Below are positions 18,952 through 28,417 of a DNA stretch of 64,000 nt, one piece after another. Under the pieces are notes generated by a model, which made no database searches, was not told the DNA's origin, and worked only from the letters and a program-made list of their open reading frames with translations. The position numbers were made by a program, and so were the translations under genes. The first letter of the stretch is position 1; every line of letters begins with the position of its first letter. Source of the DNA: an uncultured Verrucomicrobiales bacterium (GTDB taxonomy: Bacteria > Verrucomicrobiota > Verrucomicrobiia > Verrucomicrobiales > CAZUPP01). The stretch covers positions 89,243-153,242 of the forward strand of contig CAZUPP010000004.1 in the NCBI GenBank assembly GCA_964622095.1, written 5' to 3'.

Positions 18952-19132
18952 GAGGGCGGCAGCCAGCCGGGGCCAGGCTGGCTATACAGACGTTTAGAAC
19001 GCCTGTTCGTGTTAGAGTCCGCTTTTCCACAACCTGTGTCAACTCCCTTCACCCCCGCCAGAGGCTGTTTGCGGGCCTTTTCGCGCATTCTGGCCTTGCT
19101 GAGGAGGTGATTTCGGCCAATAGAGAGCAACT

Positions 19133-19756
19133 ATGGATTACCCGGACCAATTCAGGCCTCTGCGATGGCGGCCGCTTCTTACCGCATGGCGCACGACGAT
19201 TTTTGCCTGCGCAGCATCCCTCTGTTTCTCCGTCGTGCCGCTGGACGCCCAGGAAGCCATGATTTCCGCGGACGAATCTCAGGGGCTGAACGAGAGCGCA
19301 CGCAAATCAGCGATGGAAAGCGCACAACTTCTGGCCATGGCGTTTGAGGAAAGTGACTGGGAGTTGCTTATGGAATACACCCATCCGCGGGTGTTGGAGA
19401 TGCTCGGGGGCGAGAAAGAGGCTGCCCAGGAACTCAAGCGCATTATGGAAAGCGCCGAGGAGAAGGAAATCGAGATCATCAGCTATGAGGTGCTCGAACC
19501 TGGGAAAAGCATTGGCTCCCAGACGGCGGAAGAGCTTTACGTGATTATACCGGTCAAGCTGACCATGCAGGTGCCACGGGTAGGAAAGGTCACACAGGAG
19601 TCCTACCTGCTGGGAGTCTCTGGTGATCGTGGCGAAACCTGGACCTTTGTTGACGGTTCAGGCGTGGACAGCCGCTCAATCAAGACCGTGCTGCCGAATT
19701 TCAACGAGGCCCTGAACCTCCCAGGCTTGGGCGACCCGGTGGTTGTGGACCAATAG
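19133..19756 (+). CDS. Hypothetical secreted protein
   Basis: 207 aa with a signal-like region (TTIFACAASLCFSVVPLDAQEA). No motif recognised. Confidence 0.5.
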   Translation: MDYPDQFRPLRWRPLLTAWRTTIFACAASLCFSVVPLDAQEAMISADESQGLNESARKSAMESAQLLAMAFEESDWELLMEYTHPRVLEMLGGEKEAAQELKRIMESAEEKEIEIISYEVLEPGKSIGSQTAEELYVIIPVKLTMQVPRVGKVTQESYLLGVSGDRGETWTFVDGSGVDSRSIKTVLPNFNEALNLPGLGDPVVVDQ

Positions 19757-19933
19757 TGGACGGTTTTTCAACATTTCCTACTGAGGAATAGTCCCTTTGC
19801 CTTGCCTGAATGGCCCGACCGGCCGAGAAATTCAGTATGGAGCAAGAGAGTTCCTGTGCTGATGCCCATTTTCACGGAATTGGATTGGGCTTCCGTAAGG
19901 GATTAAATTTTGTTTTTGATCGTTCCAGGATTC

Positions 19934-20704
19934 ATGAGGAAAGCTGATTTCTTTAGCGGTGTGAGGGTGGCGATGATGCTGTTGGTGGTAGCGTGGTGGG
20001 CCCCATCAGCCGTGGCACAACTCAAGGCGACAGATGAAAAAGAGCTCGTCAAGATGGCGGACGGTTTTGACTTTCCCGTCGGTCCTCCTGATGCGGTAGG
20101 ATATTACAAAGCCCGCGGTTATCGGCCGAACGGCCATCAGGGGGAAGACTGGAATGGGAAAGGGGGCGGCAACACCGATCTTGGTGATCCGATTTACTCT
20201 ATTGGACATGGAATTGTCGTTCTGGCCAGGGATGTACGAAGCGGGTGGGGGAACGTGGTTATTGTGCGTCATGTTTTTCAGGACAATGACGGAAAGGTTA
20301 AAGTTATCGATTCGCTGTATGGACACCTGCACAGCGTGACCGTCCGAGAAGGGCAAACGGTCCGGAAAGGGGATCTGGTTGGCACGATGGGAAACAATCG
20401 CGGGATGTATTACACTCACCTGCACTTTGAGATCCGCAAAAACCTGCGGATTGGCATGCGCCGCAGTTCATTTAAGCGAGACTTTTCGAATTACTACGAC
20501 CCGACAGATTTTATCAAGGCACGCCGGACTTTACGCACGCCCCGCTCAAAATATAAAGTTGCCACTCAGACGTATGACGATTCCCGGAAATACTTCCCGC
20601 CCAGCCGCGGCGTGGTGACTTCACCGGGTGATACCAGTGTAGAACCCGAAGAAAAGAAAACGGGTGGACTTTTTCAACGGTCGAAAGACGACTATTACTG
20701 GTAG
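19934..20704 (+). CDS. M23-family peptidoglycan metalloendopeptidase
   Basis: HQGEDW (HxxxD) and HLHFEI (HxH) zinc motifs, with a signal/anchor (VRVAMMLLVVAWWAPSAVA). ATG 19934 is preferred over the TTG at 19910. Confidence 0.8.
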   Translation: MRKADFFSGVRVAMMLLVVAWWAPSAVAQLKATDEKELVKMADGFDFPVGPPDAVGYYKARGYRPNGHQGEDWNGKGGGNTDLGDPIYSIGHGIVVLARDVRSGWGNVVIVRHVFQDNDGKVKVIDSLYGHLHSVTVREGQTVRKGDLVGTMGNNRGMYYTHLHFEIRKNLRIGMRRSSFKRDFSNYYDPTDFIKARRTLRTPRSKYKVATQTYDDSRKYFPPSRGVVTSPGDTSVEPEEKKTGGLFQRSKDDYYW

Positions 20705-20725
20705 TAAATTTAAGTGACGATCGTC

Positions 20726-21895
20726 TCAGGCGCTCTTGCGTCTCGCCGCGCTGGATGACGCGGCGGAATCTTTTGTGTCTTTTCTCGCGCGTGCCGAGCC
20801 GGAAGATTTACTTTTGTCTTTTGCATCTTCCGTGAACGGCAGGTTCTGGTCCGTTCCGGCGGCTTGGGCAATTGGAGCATGAGAGGACATTCCGGGATCG
20901 CGCCCGTCTGGTTCGGCGAAGACCAGTTTGCCGGCCTGGGTCTGGGTGGTTCCTGCCACGGTTACTTCGACTTCCTCGCCAATGCGCTCAGCGGCGTGAT
21001 TAACGATGATCATGGTGCCGTCTTCCGCGTAACCGACGGCCTGGTGCTCATCACGGCCCGGCTTGATCAGGCTGATCGTGAGCCGGTCACCTGGATAGAT
21101 TTCAGAGCGCAACGCATGAGTTAATTCATTTATGTTCAGGACACGCACCTGTTGCAGCCGGGCGGTTTTCGCCAAATCACTATCATTCGTAAAAAGCCGC
21201 GCGCCGGTCACGCGGGCGAGATGCAGGAGGCGCACATCGATCGGCAAATTCGGGTCCTGCTGAGAATCATGAATGGAGACACTAAGCAGCGTTTCATTCT
21301 CCATCCGCTCCAGATTACGAATGCCGCGGCGTCCCCGGTCCCGGGTGTAGGTATCATGGGAGTCAGCCAGAGACTGTAGTTCATCCACGACAAATCTCGG
21401 GACAATGATCTGTGAGCTGAGAAATCCGGAGCGGCAAAGCTCCGGGATGCGCCCGTCGATGATAATGTTGGTGTCAATGAGAACGGGCTGATCCTGGATT
21501 CCTTCACGGGTGAATCTCACATAAGGAATAATCAGCGAAAAATCTTCCTGGTTGCTGCGCAGGGCCAGCATCGTGCCCAGATAGCCAAAAATGCAATAGA
21601 GGCCAAGGGTCAATGCCCAGCGAAGATCCGGCTCGACATTGACGAACACATCTGAGGCCTTCACGAGGTGCGTGATAAACAGCCCGAGCAAGAGCCCGAA
21701 GGTGGCGGCTGAGAAGACGCGCAAGGTGAGCCCGCGCAGGAGAAGATCAATAGAAACTATAAATGTCGCGACGAGTAGACCAACGATAAGTCCCAGATCC
21801 CGATGCCCCAGCTCCGCTCCGATCAGGCTGCCGATCAGACCCATGAAGATCACGTAGAGCCCGCGCAGAAGGTTGACTGTGAATTGATTGGTCAT
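20726..21895 (-). CDS. PIN/TRAM-domain membrane protein (YacL-like)
   Basis: Four N-terminal TM helices, a PIN core (VLIDTNIIIDGRI ... IVPRFVVDELQSLADS) and a C-terminal TRAM-like beta domain. Confidence 0.75.
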   Translation of the reverse strand: MTNQFTVNLLRGLYVIFMGLIGSLIGAELGHRDLGLIVGLLVATFIVSIDLLLRGLTLRVFSAATFGLLLGLFITHLVKASDVFVNVEPDLRWALTLGLYCIFGYLGTMLALRSNQEDFSLIIPYVRFTREGIQDQPVLIDTNIIIDGRIPELCRSGFLSSQIIVPRFVVDELQSLADSHDTYTRDRGRRGIRNLERMENETLLSVSIHDSQQDPNLPIDVRLLHLARVTGARLFTNDSDLAKTARLQQVRVLNINELTHALRSEIYPGDRLTISLIKPGRDEHQAVGYAEDGTMIIVNHAAERIGEEVEVTVAGTTQTQAGKLVFAEPDGRDPGMSSHAPIAQAAGTDQNLPFTEDAKDKSKSSGSARARKDTKDSAASSSAARRKSA

Positions 21896-22000
21896 TCCGG
21901 CTACTCTCTGACAAAGAACGTAAATACGCCAGTCTCATTTCCGGGATCAATCGACCCACAGGCGGTATCTATTCCGGGATGGAGCCGCTCGCTTTTCCTG

Positions 22001-23104
22001 TTAGCGAACAGGACGTCCAGGCCCCGGGTTGGACCCGCGTCCGTGTGAAAATGTTGAGCGTTTTGTGCGTTTATCTTCTTCTTTCCCGGCGGTGTCCCGG
22101 TAAAACAGGATGCCGTGTTCTTTGATATTTTCCGAAGCTGCTCTCAGAAAAGTGATCGTTTCCGCGAGGTCCTCGTTGAGTTCATCATCATTGAGCAGGG
22201 AGGCAAAGACGCCTTCGCCATTGGTCAGCTTGGTGATGAGCTGACTTAAATCTTCAATTAAGGAATTAGCACTCTGCAGCACCTGTCCCAATTTTCTGCT
22301 GTCCGCCTGAAGGGTGCCCGCGGTGGATTGAAAGCTTTCGGTCACCGCCTTAAGGCGCTCCGTAATCTCTTTCAGGTTTGTGATAACGATCCTGATTTCC
22401 GGCAGCAATTCTTCTGCGGCGCCATCCAGTCTCTCGGTCAGGGACGAAACATTTTCCGCGCTGGCGTGAAGATCACTCATGAAACGATCGGTCAAAAGCT
22501 CTTTGTCGACTTTGACAAGAATGCCCTGAATCTGAGAGTTTGTCGTCTGCAGGCCGCTCAGGAAATCATCTCCGCTGGCGAGGAGGCCTTCAATTCCGGC
22601 TGGTCCTTCACTGCCCCCGTCACTGGAATCAACCGTTAGGCCCGGACGCAAATGGGTGATGGTCAGGGACCGGTTAAGCGCAAAGTGAGAGCTGCCTGCC
22701 GCCGGAATGAGGCGCAGCATCTCCTCTTCTTCGGTCAGCGATTCTTCCAGATTAGGAGGAACGACATCCACGTAGGCGTCGCCCAGCAGGCCGCTGCTGC
22801 GAATGGCGAATTGTGAACCAGCAGGAATTTTGACGCTCGAGTTGATGGAAAGTGTGACATTAACACCATCCTGATCCGGTGGAATTTCCGGCCGCCGGGC
22901 GACTTCGCCGATCGTTGCCCCGCCCATCAGGACCTGCGCCCCCTTAAGAAGCCCGGAGGCATTGGCGAAATGCACGGTGATCCGGTAACTTTTTTTCAAG
23001 GGATCTGCCAACCGGCCAAAGTAAATGGCCAGATAACAGGTGAGAATGATCCCAAAGAGGGTAAAAAGCCCAACCTTGATTTCTAATGAGCGGCGGCCAT
23101 TCAT
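22001..23104 (-). CDS. mlaD: MlaD/MCE-domain protein with long helical C-terminal extension
   Basis: N-terminal TM segment plus an MCE domain (ITVHFANASGLLKGAQVLMGGATIGEV...). At 367 aa it is roughly double the E. coli MlaD. It overlaps mlaF by 4 nt. Confidence 0.75.
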   Translation of the reverse strand: MNGRRSLEIKVGLFTLFGIILTCYLAIYFGRLADPLKKSYRITVHFANASGLLKGAQVLMGGATIGEVARRPEIPPDQDGVNVTLSINSSVKIPAGSQFAIRSSGLLGDAYVDVVPPNLEESLTEEEEMLRLIPAAGSSHFALNRSLTITHLRPGLTVDSSDGGSEGPAGIEGLLASGDDFLSGLQTTNSQIQGILVKVDKELLTDRFMSDLHASAENVSSLTERLDGAAEELLPEIRIVITNLKEITERLKAVTESFQSTAGTLQADSRKLGQVLQSANSLIEDLSQLITKLTNGEGVFASLLNDDELNEDLAETITFLRAASENIKEHGILFYRDTAGKEEDKRTKRSTFSHGRGSNPGPGRPVR

Positions 23105-23916
23105 GGTGTCTGGCTTGTCAGATAAGCCGGTTCCTCCTCTTCCTTAGCACGGCCTTCGACAAAACGGCAGACGTAATCGATCCGGCATTGTTTCAATTCT
23201 TCCGGAGATCCATGAAAGGCGATTCTTCCCTCATGCAGGAAGGCCACCTGGTCCGCGATGGCAAAAACGCTCGTCATGTCATGGGTAACCACCACCGAGG
23301 TGACGCCTAATTGGGCTTTGAGGGTCAGAATCAGGCGGTTGATGCTGTCTGAAGAAATGGGATCAAGCCCGGCGGAAGGTTCGTCATAAAGCACCACGGT
23401 GGGTTGCCCGATGATCGCACGCGCCAGGCCAACCCGTTTTTTCATTCCTCCGCTCAGAGCGCCGGGCAACTTTTCCTGATGACCTTCCAGACCCAGGAGA
23501 CGGAGGGTTTCCATGACGCGCTTCTCAATCTCAGGGAAAGAGGGGCGGGTTGGCTGCTTTTCTCTTAGCGGGAAGGCCACATTCTCAAAAACCGTGAGGG
23601 AATCGAATAGGGCGGCGCCCTGGAAAAGGAGACCAATGCTTTCGCGGATCTGATTGAGCTGGCGCTCGGACTTCCCGGTCAGCTCGACGCCATTGATCTG
23701 GATGCTGCCCTGATCGGCGCGCAGCAACCCGACGATGTGTTTCAGCAGCACGCTCTTGCCACCGCCGCTGCGTCCAATAACGCAGAGCACCTCTCCCTGC
23801 TTCACCTCCAGACTGACCCCCTTCAGGATCTCCTGTGACCCGATGGACCGGACAAGATCACGAATCCGGATCATGGGCGTTTCTTCACCGGAAGCCGCTG
23901 TTGGGACTTGGTTCAT
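23101..23916 (-). CDS. mlaF: ABC transporter ATP-binding protein (MlaF-like)
   Basis: Walker A GRSGGGKS, signature LSGGMKKR, Walker B VVLYDEPSAGLD. Confidence 0.85.
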   Translation of the reverse strand: MNQVPTAASGEETPMIRIRDLVRSIGSQEILKGVSLEVKQGEVLCVIGRSGGGKSVLLKHIVGLLRADQGSIQINGVELTGKSERQLNQIRESIGLLFQGAALFDSLTVFENVAFPLREKQPTRPSFPEIEKRVMETLRLLGLEGHQEKLPGALSGGMKKRVGLARAIIGQPTVVLYDEPSAGLDPISSDSINRLILTLKAQLGVTSVVVTHDMTSVFAIADQVAFLHEGRIAFHGSPEELKQCRIDYVCRFVEGRAKEEEEPAYLTSQTP

Positions 23917-24043
23917 TACTTACTCAGAGAATGCCGGACGGCGTGTGATTGCAGTCCGTTTCATGGCAGAGCATACTTCCGTAGTGACACCGGCCGCAAC
24001 CATCCCTATGAAGCGCGGGCGTCAGAAAGATTGATTGGCCCAA

Positions 24044-25393
24044 ATGGATTCGAAACTAAAAGAGGCCTTCGGGCCGATCTCAGCGCAGGGCCGCTGGCAA
24101 GGCGCCTGTCCGCATTGTGGGGTGGTCCTGCGGGTGAACCGGGCCGAAAGCGGGATGGAAGTGGTCTGTGGCTCCTGTGATAACGAGTTCATCCTGCAGG
24201 GAACCGAGCCTGAGGGATCCCCGGACAGCATCTATGGAGAAGTGGAAGAACCAGAAGCCCCACGCACAATCGCTCCTCCCAACCAGCCGCGCCGGGTAAA
24301 GAGCAAGCTCACCTTGACCGAGCCTTCACCGCCTCTCAGCGAATCCTACCGTGAGCTTGGCGTGGATGAGGTGGAAGGAGCTGAGGAAAGTGCTGGGAGT
24401 TACCGGGCTTTTGTCCGCCCGACCCCGACGACCGGTTCCAAACGCCGAAAGCGTCGCTCCCGGCCGCCTGAGCGCGCTCGCGGGGCAGTATCCCGGAAGC
24501 GGCAACCTGGAAAGAAAGCGCCCGAGTGGCTTGGGCTTGTCCTGTTCGTTGTTCTGATTGCCGTCCTTGGTGGGGGGCTCTGGATGATCATTTCCCCGAT
24601 ATTAAAGGACCGTCCAGGCTCTGAGGAAATGGCGGATGCAAAGGGTGAATCCGCTGAGGAGGAGAAAGAAAGGTCACCAACGCCTTCGGGAGAGGAGGAT
24701 CGTCCGGAAACCGCGGCTGAGGCACCAAGCGAAGAAGAAGTCGAGAACCGGTTGCGTCTCAGCACGGCCATGGCCGTGGCTACCGGTGCGCTGCAATCAC
24801 CGAGTTGGCAGGAGCTGCTGAATTATGTGAGAAATCCGGACGAAATGAAGCCGCGGATGCGCGCGTACTACTCAAGAAATCTCTACCGTCCGCTGGGCAT
24901 TGAAAGCATCAGTTCAGCCAGCCGGGTGGAGGACCCGCAGGGACATGACCTCATTCAGGTGACCGTCGTAGTCGACGGCTTCGACGAACGGACGGTGTAT
25001 ATCGAGGAAACGGCTGAAGACGGCTTCCGGGTGGACTGGGAGACAATGGCTCAGTACTCTGAGATGGAGTGGGCAGAGTTCCGTCGCCAACGGCCGTCTG
25101 ATCCGGTGGAATTCCGGCTCATCATCTCCGACCGGCGCGCGCATGACCTGCGGCTCTTTAACAAGGAGGCGTGGCAGCCTTACATGGTGCGTCCCTGGGA
25201 TGCCGCGGATCAATCCATGCCTGCCTACATGGCGAAAGACAATCCGCAGGCGGCGGATCTCTTTGCCCTGATTCAGGGTCGCACCGAGCAGGGGCAGGCG
25301 GTGATCGCCACCCTGCGCTACCGGTCAGATCTGCTCGACGGGAATTTTGTCGAGATCGTCGAGCTCGTCCAGGAAGGGTGGGTCCGTCCCTGA
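24044..25393 (+). CDS. Hypothetical zinc-ribbon / single-TM protein with unknown C-terminal domain
   Basis: ATG 24044 (the track start 24035 is TTG). CPHCG...CGSC is a four-Cys ribbon. It is followed by a basic disordered region, a TM segment (WLGLVLFVVLIAVLGGGLWMII), an acidic linker and a ~200-aa globular C-terminus. Confidence 0.55.
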   Translation: MDSKLKEAFGPISAQGRWQGACPHCGVVLRVNRAESGMEVVCGSCDNEFILQGTEPEGSPDSIYGEVEEPEAPRTIAPPNQPRRVKSKLTLTEPSPPLSESYRELGVDEVEGAEESAGSYRAFVRPTPTTGSKRRKRRSRPPERARGAVSRKRQPGKKAPEWLGLVLFVVLIAVLGGGLWMIISPILKDRPGSEEMADAKGESAEEEKERSPTPSGEEDRPETAAEAPSEEEVENRLRLSTAMAVATGALQSPSWQELLNYVRNPDEMKPRMRAYYSRNLYRPLGIESISSASRVEDPQGHDLIQVTVVVDGFDERTVYIEETAEDGFRVDWETMAQYSEMEWAEFRRQRPSDPVEFRLIISDRRAHDLRLFNKEAWQPYMVRPWDAADQSMPAYMAKDNPQAADLFALIQGRTEQGQAVIATLRYRSDLLDGNFVEIVELVQEGWVRP

Positions 25394-25455
25394 CCGCGCC
25401 CGTTTGGCTTTCCCTTGTATCATCCGGCGCACGTGCTTCGTTCCCTGCTTAACCC

Positions 25456-26406
25456 ATGGTGACAACAACTGACGCAATCGGGGCTGATCTCTGGCAGGAT
25501 TTTCAGGCGCTCAAGGAAGAGCGCAATGCCATCGTGCTGGCCCACAATTATCAGGTCGGTGAACTTCAGGAAGCCGCCGATTACGTAGGAGACTCACTTG
25601 GTCTCTCCTATCAGGCACGCGAGACAGACTGTGATGTGATCCTGTTTTGCGGTGTGCATTTCATGGCGGAAACCGCCAAAATCATTAACCCCGGCAAGAC
25701 GGTTCTCCTGCCAGACATCAAGGCCGGGTGCTCTCTGGCGGACAGCGCGCCCGCTGCGCAGTTGGAGGCCTATCTGAAGGAGCACGCGGATAAAGACTAC
25801 TACGTCGTGGCCTACATCAACTGCTCCGCTGGGGTGAAAGCGTTGTCTGATGTAATTTGCACGAGCGGAAACGCCGTGAAGATCGTCGAGAGAATTCCTC
25901 CGGACCGGAACATTCTTTTTGTGCCTGACCAGAACCTAGGCGCCTGGGTGATGGAGCAGACGGGACGACCGATGGAGCTGTGGCAGGGCAATTGCTATGT
26001 GCACGTGGAGTTTACCTTTCAGAGCATCAGCAAGATTCGTGAGGAGCACCCGGAAGCGCCGGTTGTGGCCCATCCGGAGTGTTCTGCCGCGGTGCGCATG
26101 CTGGCGGACGAAGTCTGTTCCACGGAGAAGATGGTCAGCTACTGCCAGCAATCACCGGCAGATGAAATCATTGTCGTGACGGAAAGCGGCATGTTGCACC
26201 GGCTGGAACGGGAGGTGCCGGGGAAACGGTTCATCGCGGGGCCCACCGATCGCTGCGCCTGTGCCAACTGCCGCTACATGAAGCTCAATACCCTGGAAAA
26301 GGCCTACGACGCCCTTCTGAATCTAGAGCCGCAAATCGAGGTGCCGGAGGAGGTTCGTGAGCGTGCGGAGAAACCCATTCTGCGCATGCTGGAATGGAGC
26401 AAATGA
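25456..26406 (+). CDS. nadA: Quinolinate synthase
   Basis: The NadA family pattern is recognisable along the whole length (LAHNYQ, HFMAETAKI, HPEC, VTESGM). Confidence 0.9.
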   Translation: MVTTTDAIGADLWQDFQALKEERNAIVLAHNYQVGELQEAADYVGDSLGLSYQARETDCDVILFCGVHFMAETAKIINPGKTVLLPDIKAGCSLADSAPAAQLEAYLKEHADKDYYVVAYINCSAGVKALSDVICTSGNAVKIVERIPPDRNILFVPDQNLGAWVMEQTGRPMELWQGNCYVHVEFTFQSISKIREEHPEAPVVAHPECSAAVRMLADEVCSTEKMVSYCQQSPADEIIVVTESGMLHRLEREVPGKRFIAGPTDRCACANCRYMKLNTLEKAYDALLNLEPQIEVPEEVRERAEKPILRMLEWSK

Positions 26407-26436
26407 TGACGGAACCAGCGAAAACGGGCGGTGTCG

Positions 26437-27483
26437 CTACTCGCCCGTCTCTTCGAGGTAACGCTGGGAAACATAGCCGGTGCGGCCATCCTCCAGAGTG
26501 ATGGGTAACCACCCGCTTTCCGCTTCACCCGTGACATAGACCGTGTCACTGCGGCGAATCGTTTCAATCGCCCGCGCCCGGGTTGACGGAGAGTTGCGGA
26601 CATTCAGCCCATCCACGGTGGACCGGTGGGGCACACCCTCCACCGGCCCCGCAGCTTCATCTTCCTCGGTCAGGTAGAGATCGGCTGGCATGGGCAGGCG
26701 TGACCGGTCCGCATCACGATAGCGGTTCGTCCACTCCGCCCAGCGCTGCAGCGAAGACTTTCTCTTCTCTTCGGGATCAGACGGAGCTTCGTCTGGCTCG
26801 CTCGCATCGCTGGTGTTTTCGGTATCAGCCGCGGAGGGCTCTTCTTCCATAATCGGCAGATCGGTTGCTTCCGTTCCTAAAGCGAAGCGGTCTTCCGATA
26901 AAAGCCGGACGCGTTCGACGAACTCTCCACTGTCCTTTTTCACCGCGGCCAGTGCCTTGCGCAGCTGCGGGCTTTCCAGATCGACGGGCTGTCCGTTGAG
27001 TTCCCAACGCGCCAATTTCTCTCCTTCCTCAAAATAAAGACGGCTGCGTAACACCCGCAGAGACGGTAGACCGGGCTCCGTCGCCGCGTCTTCACCGGCC
27101 TGCTCACTGGTTGTTTGTTCCTGGGACGCAGAGATCACCGGCACCTTACGATAAACATAGGCCAGATCACCGGCGTCATCATAGTAGTACTCGTGCCACT
27201 CTCCCGCGCGTCTCCCGGTAAACTCCACGATGACCGCCTGTGGCACCCGTGCAAATTGGTTCTTTAAGTAGCCGCGAAGACGAGCTGTGGCACGGCGTTC
27301 TGGCAACCGGTATTCACCATCGACGGTCCGCAGGGTTCCGGAGCCTTCACCGGTAACCCGTTCATAGGCCGCCTGGGCGTGGTCCGTTCCATCGCTGCGC
27401 GTTGGAAGCACGAGCAATAAGGACAAAAAGAGCGCCGCCACGAGGACGGGCTGGATGTGTAACGAGCTAAATCTGCGCTGCAT
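26437..27483 (-). CDS. Secreted protein with C-terminal bacterial SH3 domain
   Basis: Signal peptide, then C-terminal LNVRNSPSTRARAIETIRRSDTVYVTGEAESGWLPITLEDGRTGYVSQRYL (SH3_3-like). Confidence 0.55.
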   Translation of the reverse strand: MQRRFSSLHIQPVLVAALFLSLLLVLPTRSDGTDHAQAAYERVTGEGSGTLRTVDGEYRLPERRATARLRGYLKNQFARVPQAVIVEFTGRRAGEWHEYYYDDAGDLAYVYRKVPVISASQEQTTSEQAGEDAATEPGLPSLRVLRSRLYFEEGEKLARWELNGQPVDLESPQLRKALAAVKKDSGEFVERVRLLSEDRFALGTEATDLPIMEEEPSAADTENTSDASEPDEAPSDPEEKRKSSLQRWAEWTNRYRDADRSRLPMPADLYLTEEDEAAGPVEGVPHRSTVDGLNVRNSPSTRARAIETIRRSDTVYVTGEAESGWLPITLEDGRTGYVSQRYLEETGE

Positions 27484-27506
27484 GTGCTGAAGGTTTTTTG
27501 GGTTGG

Positions 27507-28223
27507 CTAATACTCTCGTTCTTTACTGAGGAGCCACTGCCACACGTCCGGTCTTTCATAGGTTTCCGTCCACACATCATGCCCGCGGTCTTCATATTCC
27601 GTCAATTTCGCTTCCCTTGCGCCGGCTTCCTTCATGGCCTCAATCATTTCACGACTGTGCTCGGGAGGAACCGAGGTGTCTTTCAGCCCATGAAACGCCC
27701 ACACCGGGACCTGAGCAAACCGGCTCGCAAGCTCAGGTTTGCCACCGCCGCAGATAGGAACTGCGGCAGCGAAAAGTTCCGGAGCGGCGGCGAGCAGCCC
27801 GAAGGTTCCGTAGCCTCCCATGCTGAGGCCGGTGACATAGAACCGGTCCGGATCAATGGAGTAATCCTCGCTAACTTCTTCAATTAACTGGAGCAGTTTT
27901 GCCACGTCCCAGCCCACTTCCTTCGGACACTGCGGAGTGATTAGAATAAAGTCTGGTTCCATCCCGTGATCGATTAACTTTGGCGGACCATGTTTCCGAG
28001 CCAGTTTTATTTCATCGCCACGCTCGCCTGCGCCGTGCAAAAACAAAACCGCGGGCCATTTTACCTCGCTTTCTTCCGCATAACCTTTCGGCAGATCGAT
28101 GGTGTACTGATAAGTTGATCCTTGAAGAACGCTGTAGCCGGATTCGCCAGCAATTCCGGAAGCGACATGCAGAAAAAGTATTAAACCAGTCGAAAGCACG
28201 AATTTCAGTGAAGCCGGATTCAT
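27507..28223 (-). CDS. Secreted alpha/beta-hydrolase (carboxylesterase/peptidase S9-like)
   Basis: Signal peptide, nucleophile elbow GLSMGG, and C-terminal D...H (GHDVW). Confidence 0.7.
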   Translation of the reverse strand: MNPASLKFVLSTGLILFLHVASGIAGESGYSVLQGSTYQYTIDLPKGYAEESEVKWPAVLFLHGAGERGDEIKLARKHGPPKLIDHGMEPDFILITPQCPKEVGWDVAKLLQLIEEVSEDYSIDPDRFYVTGLSMGGYGTFGLLAAAPELFAAAVPICGGGKPELASRFAQVPVWAFHGLKDTSVPPEHSREMIEAMKEAGAREAKLTEYEDRGHDVWTETYERPDVWQWLLSKEREY

Positions 28224-28417
28224 CGCAATTTATGTTAGTATATTCCAGGAACTGGAAAATGCGGATTGTTATCTTTCTCGCTCAGCGCGGGCCTTCCCTG
28301 AGCGACGGAAAGAACCGTCACCACAGAGGGCGGGCGCAGCAATGATAGGATAGAGGATTCCTCAAAAATTGTCACCTACTCACTTGCACACTGCCCGGTT
28401 GCCAGCCAGATAAAGAA

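Noticed and set aside
25394-25455. Possible NAD+ (nadA-motif) riboswitch upstream of nadA
   Set aside because: The gap is only 62 nt, and I could not recognise the tandem-domain nadA motif features in it.
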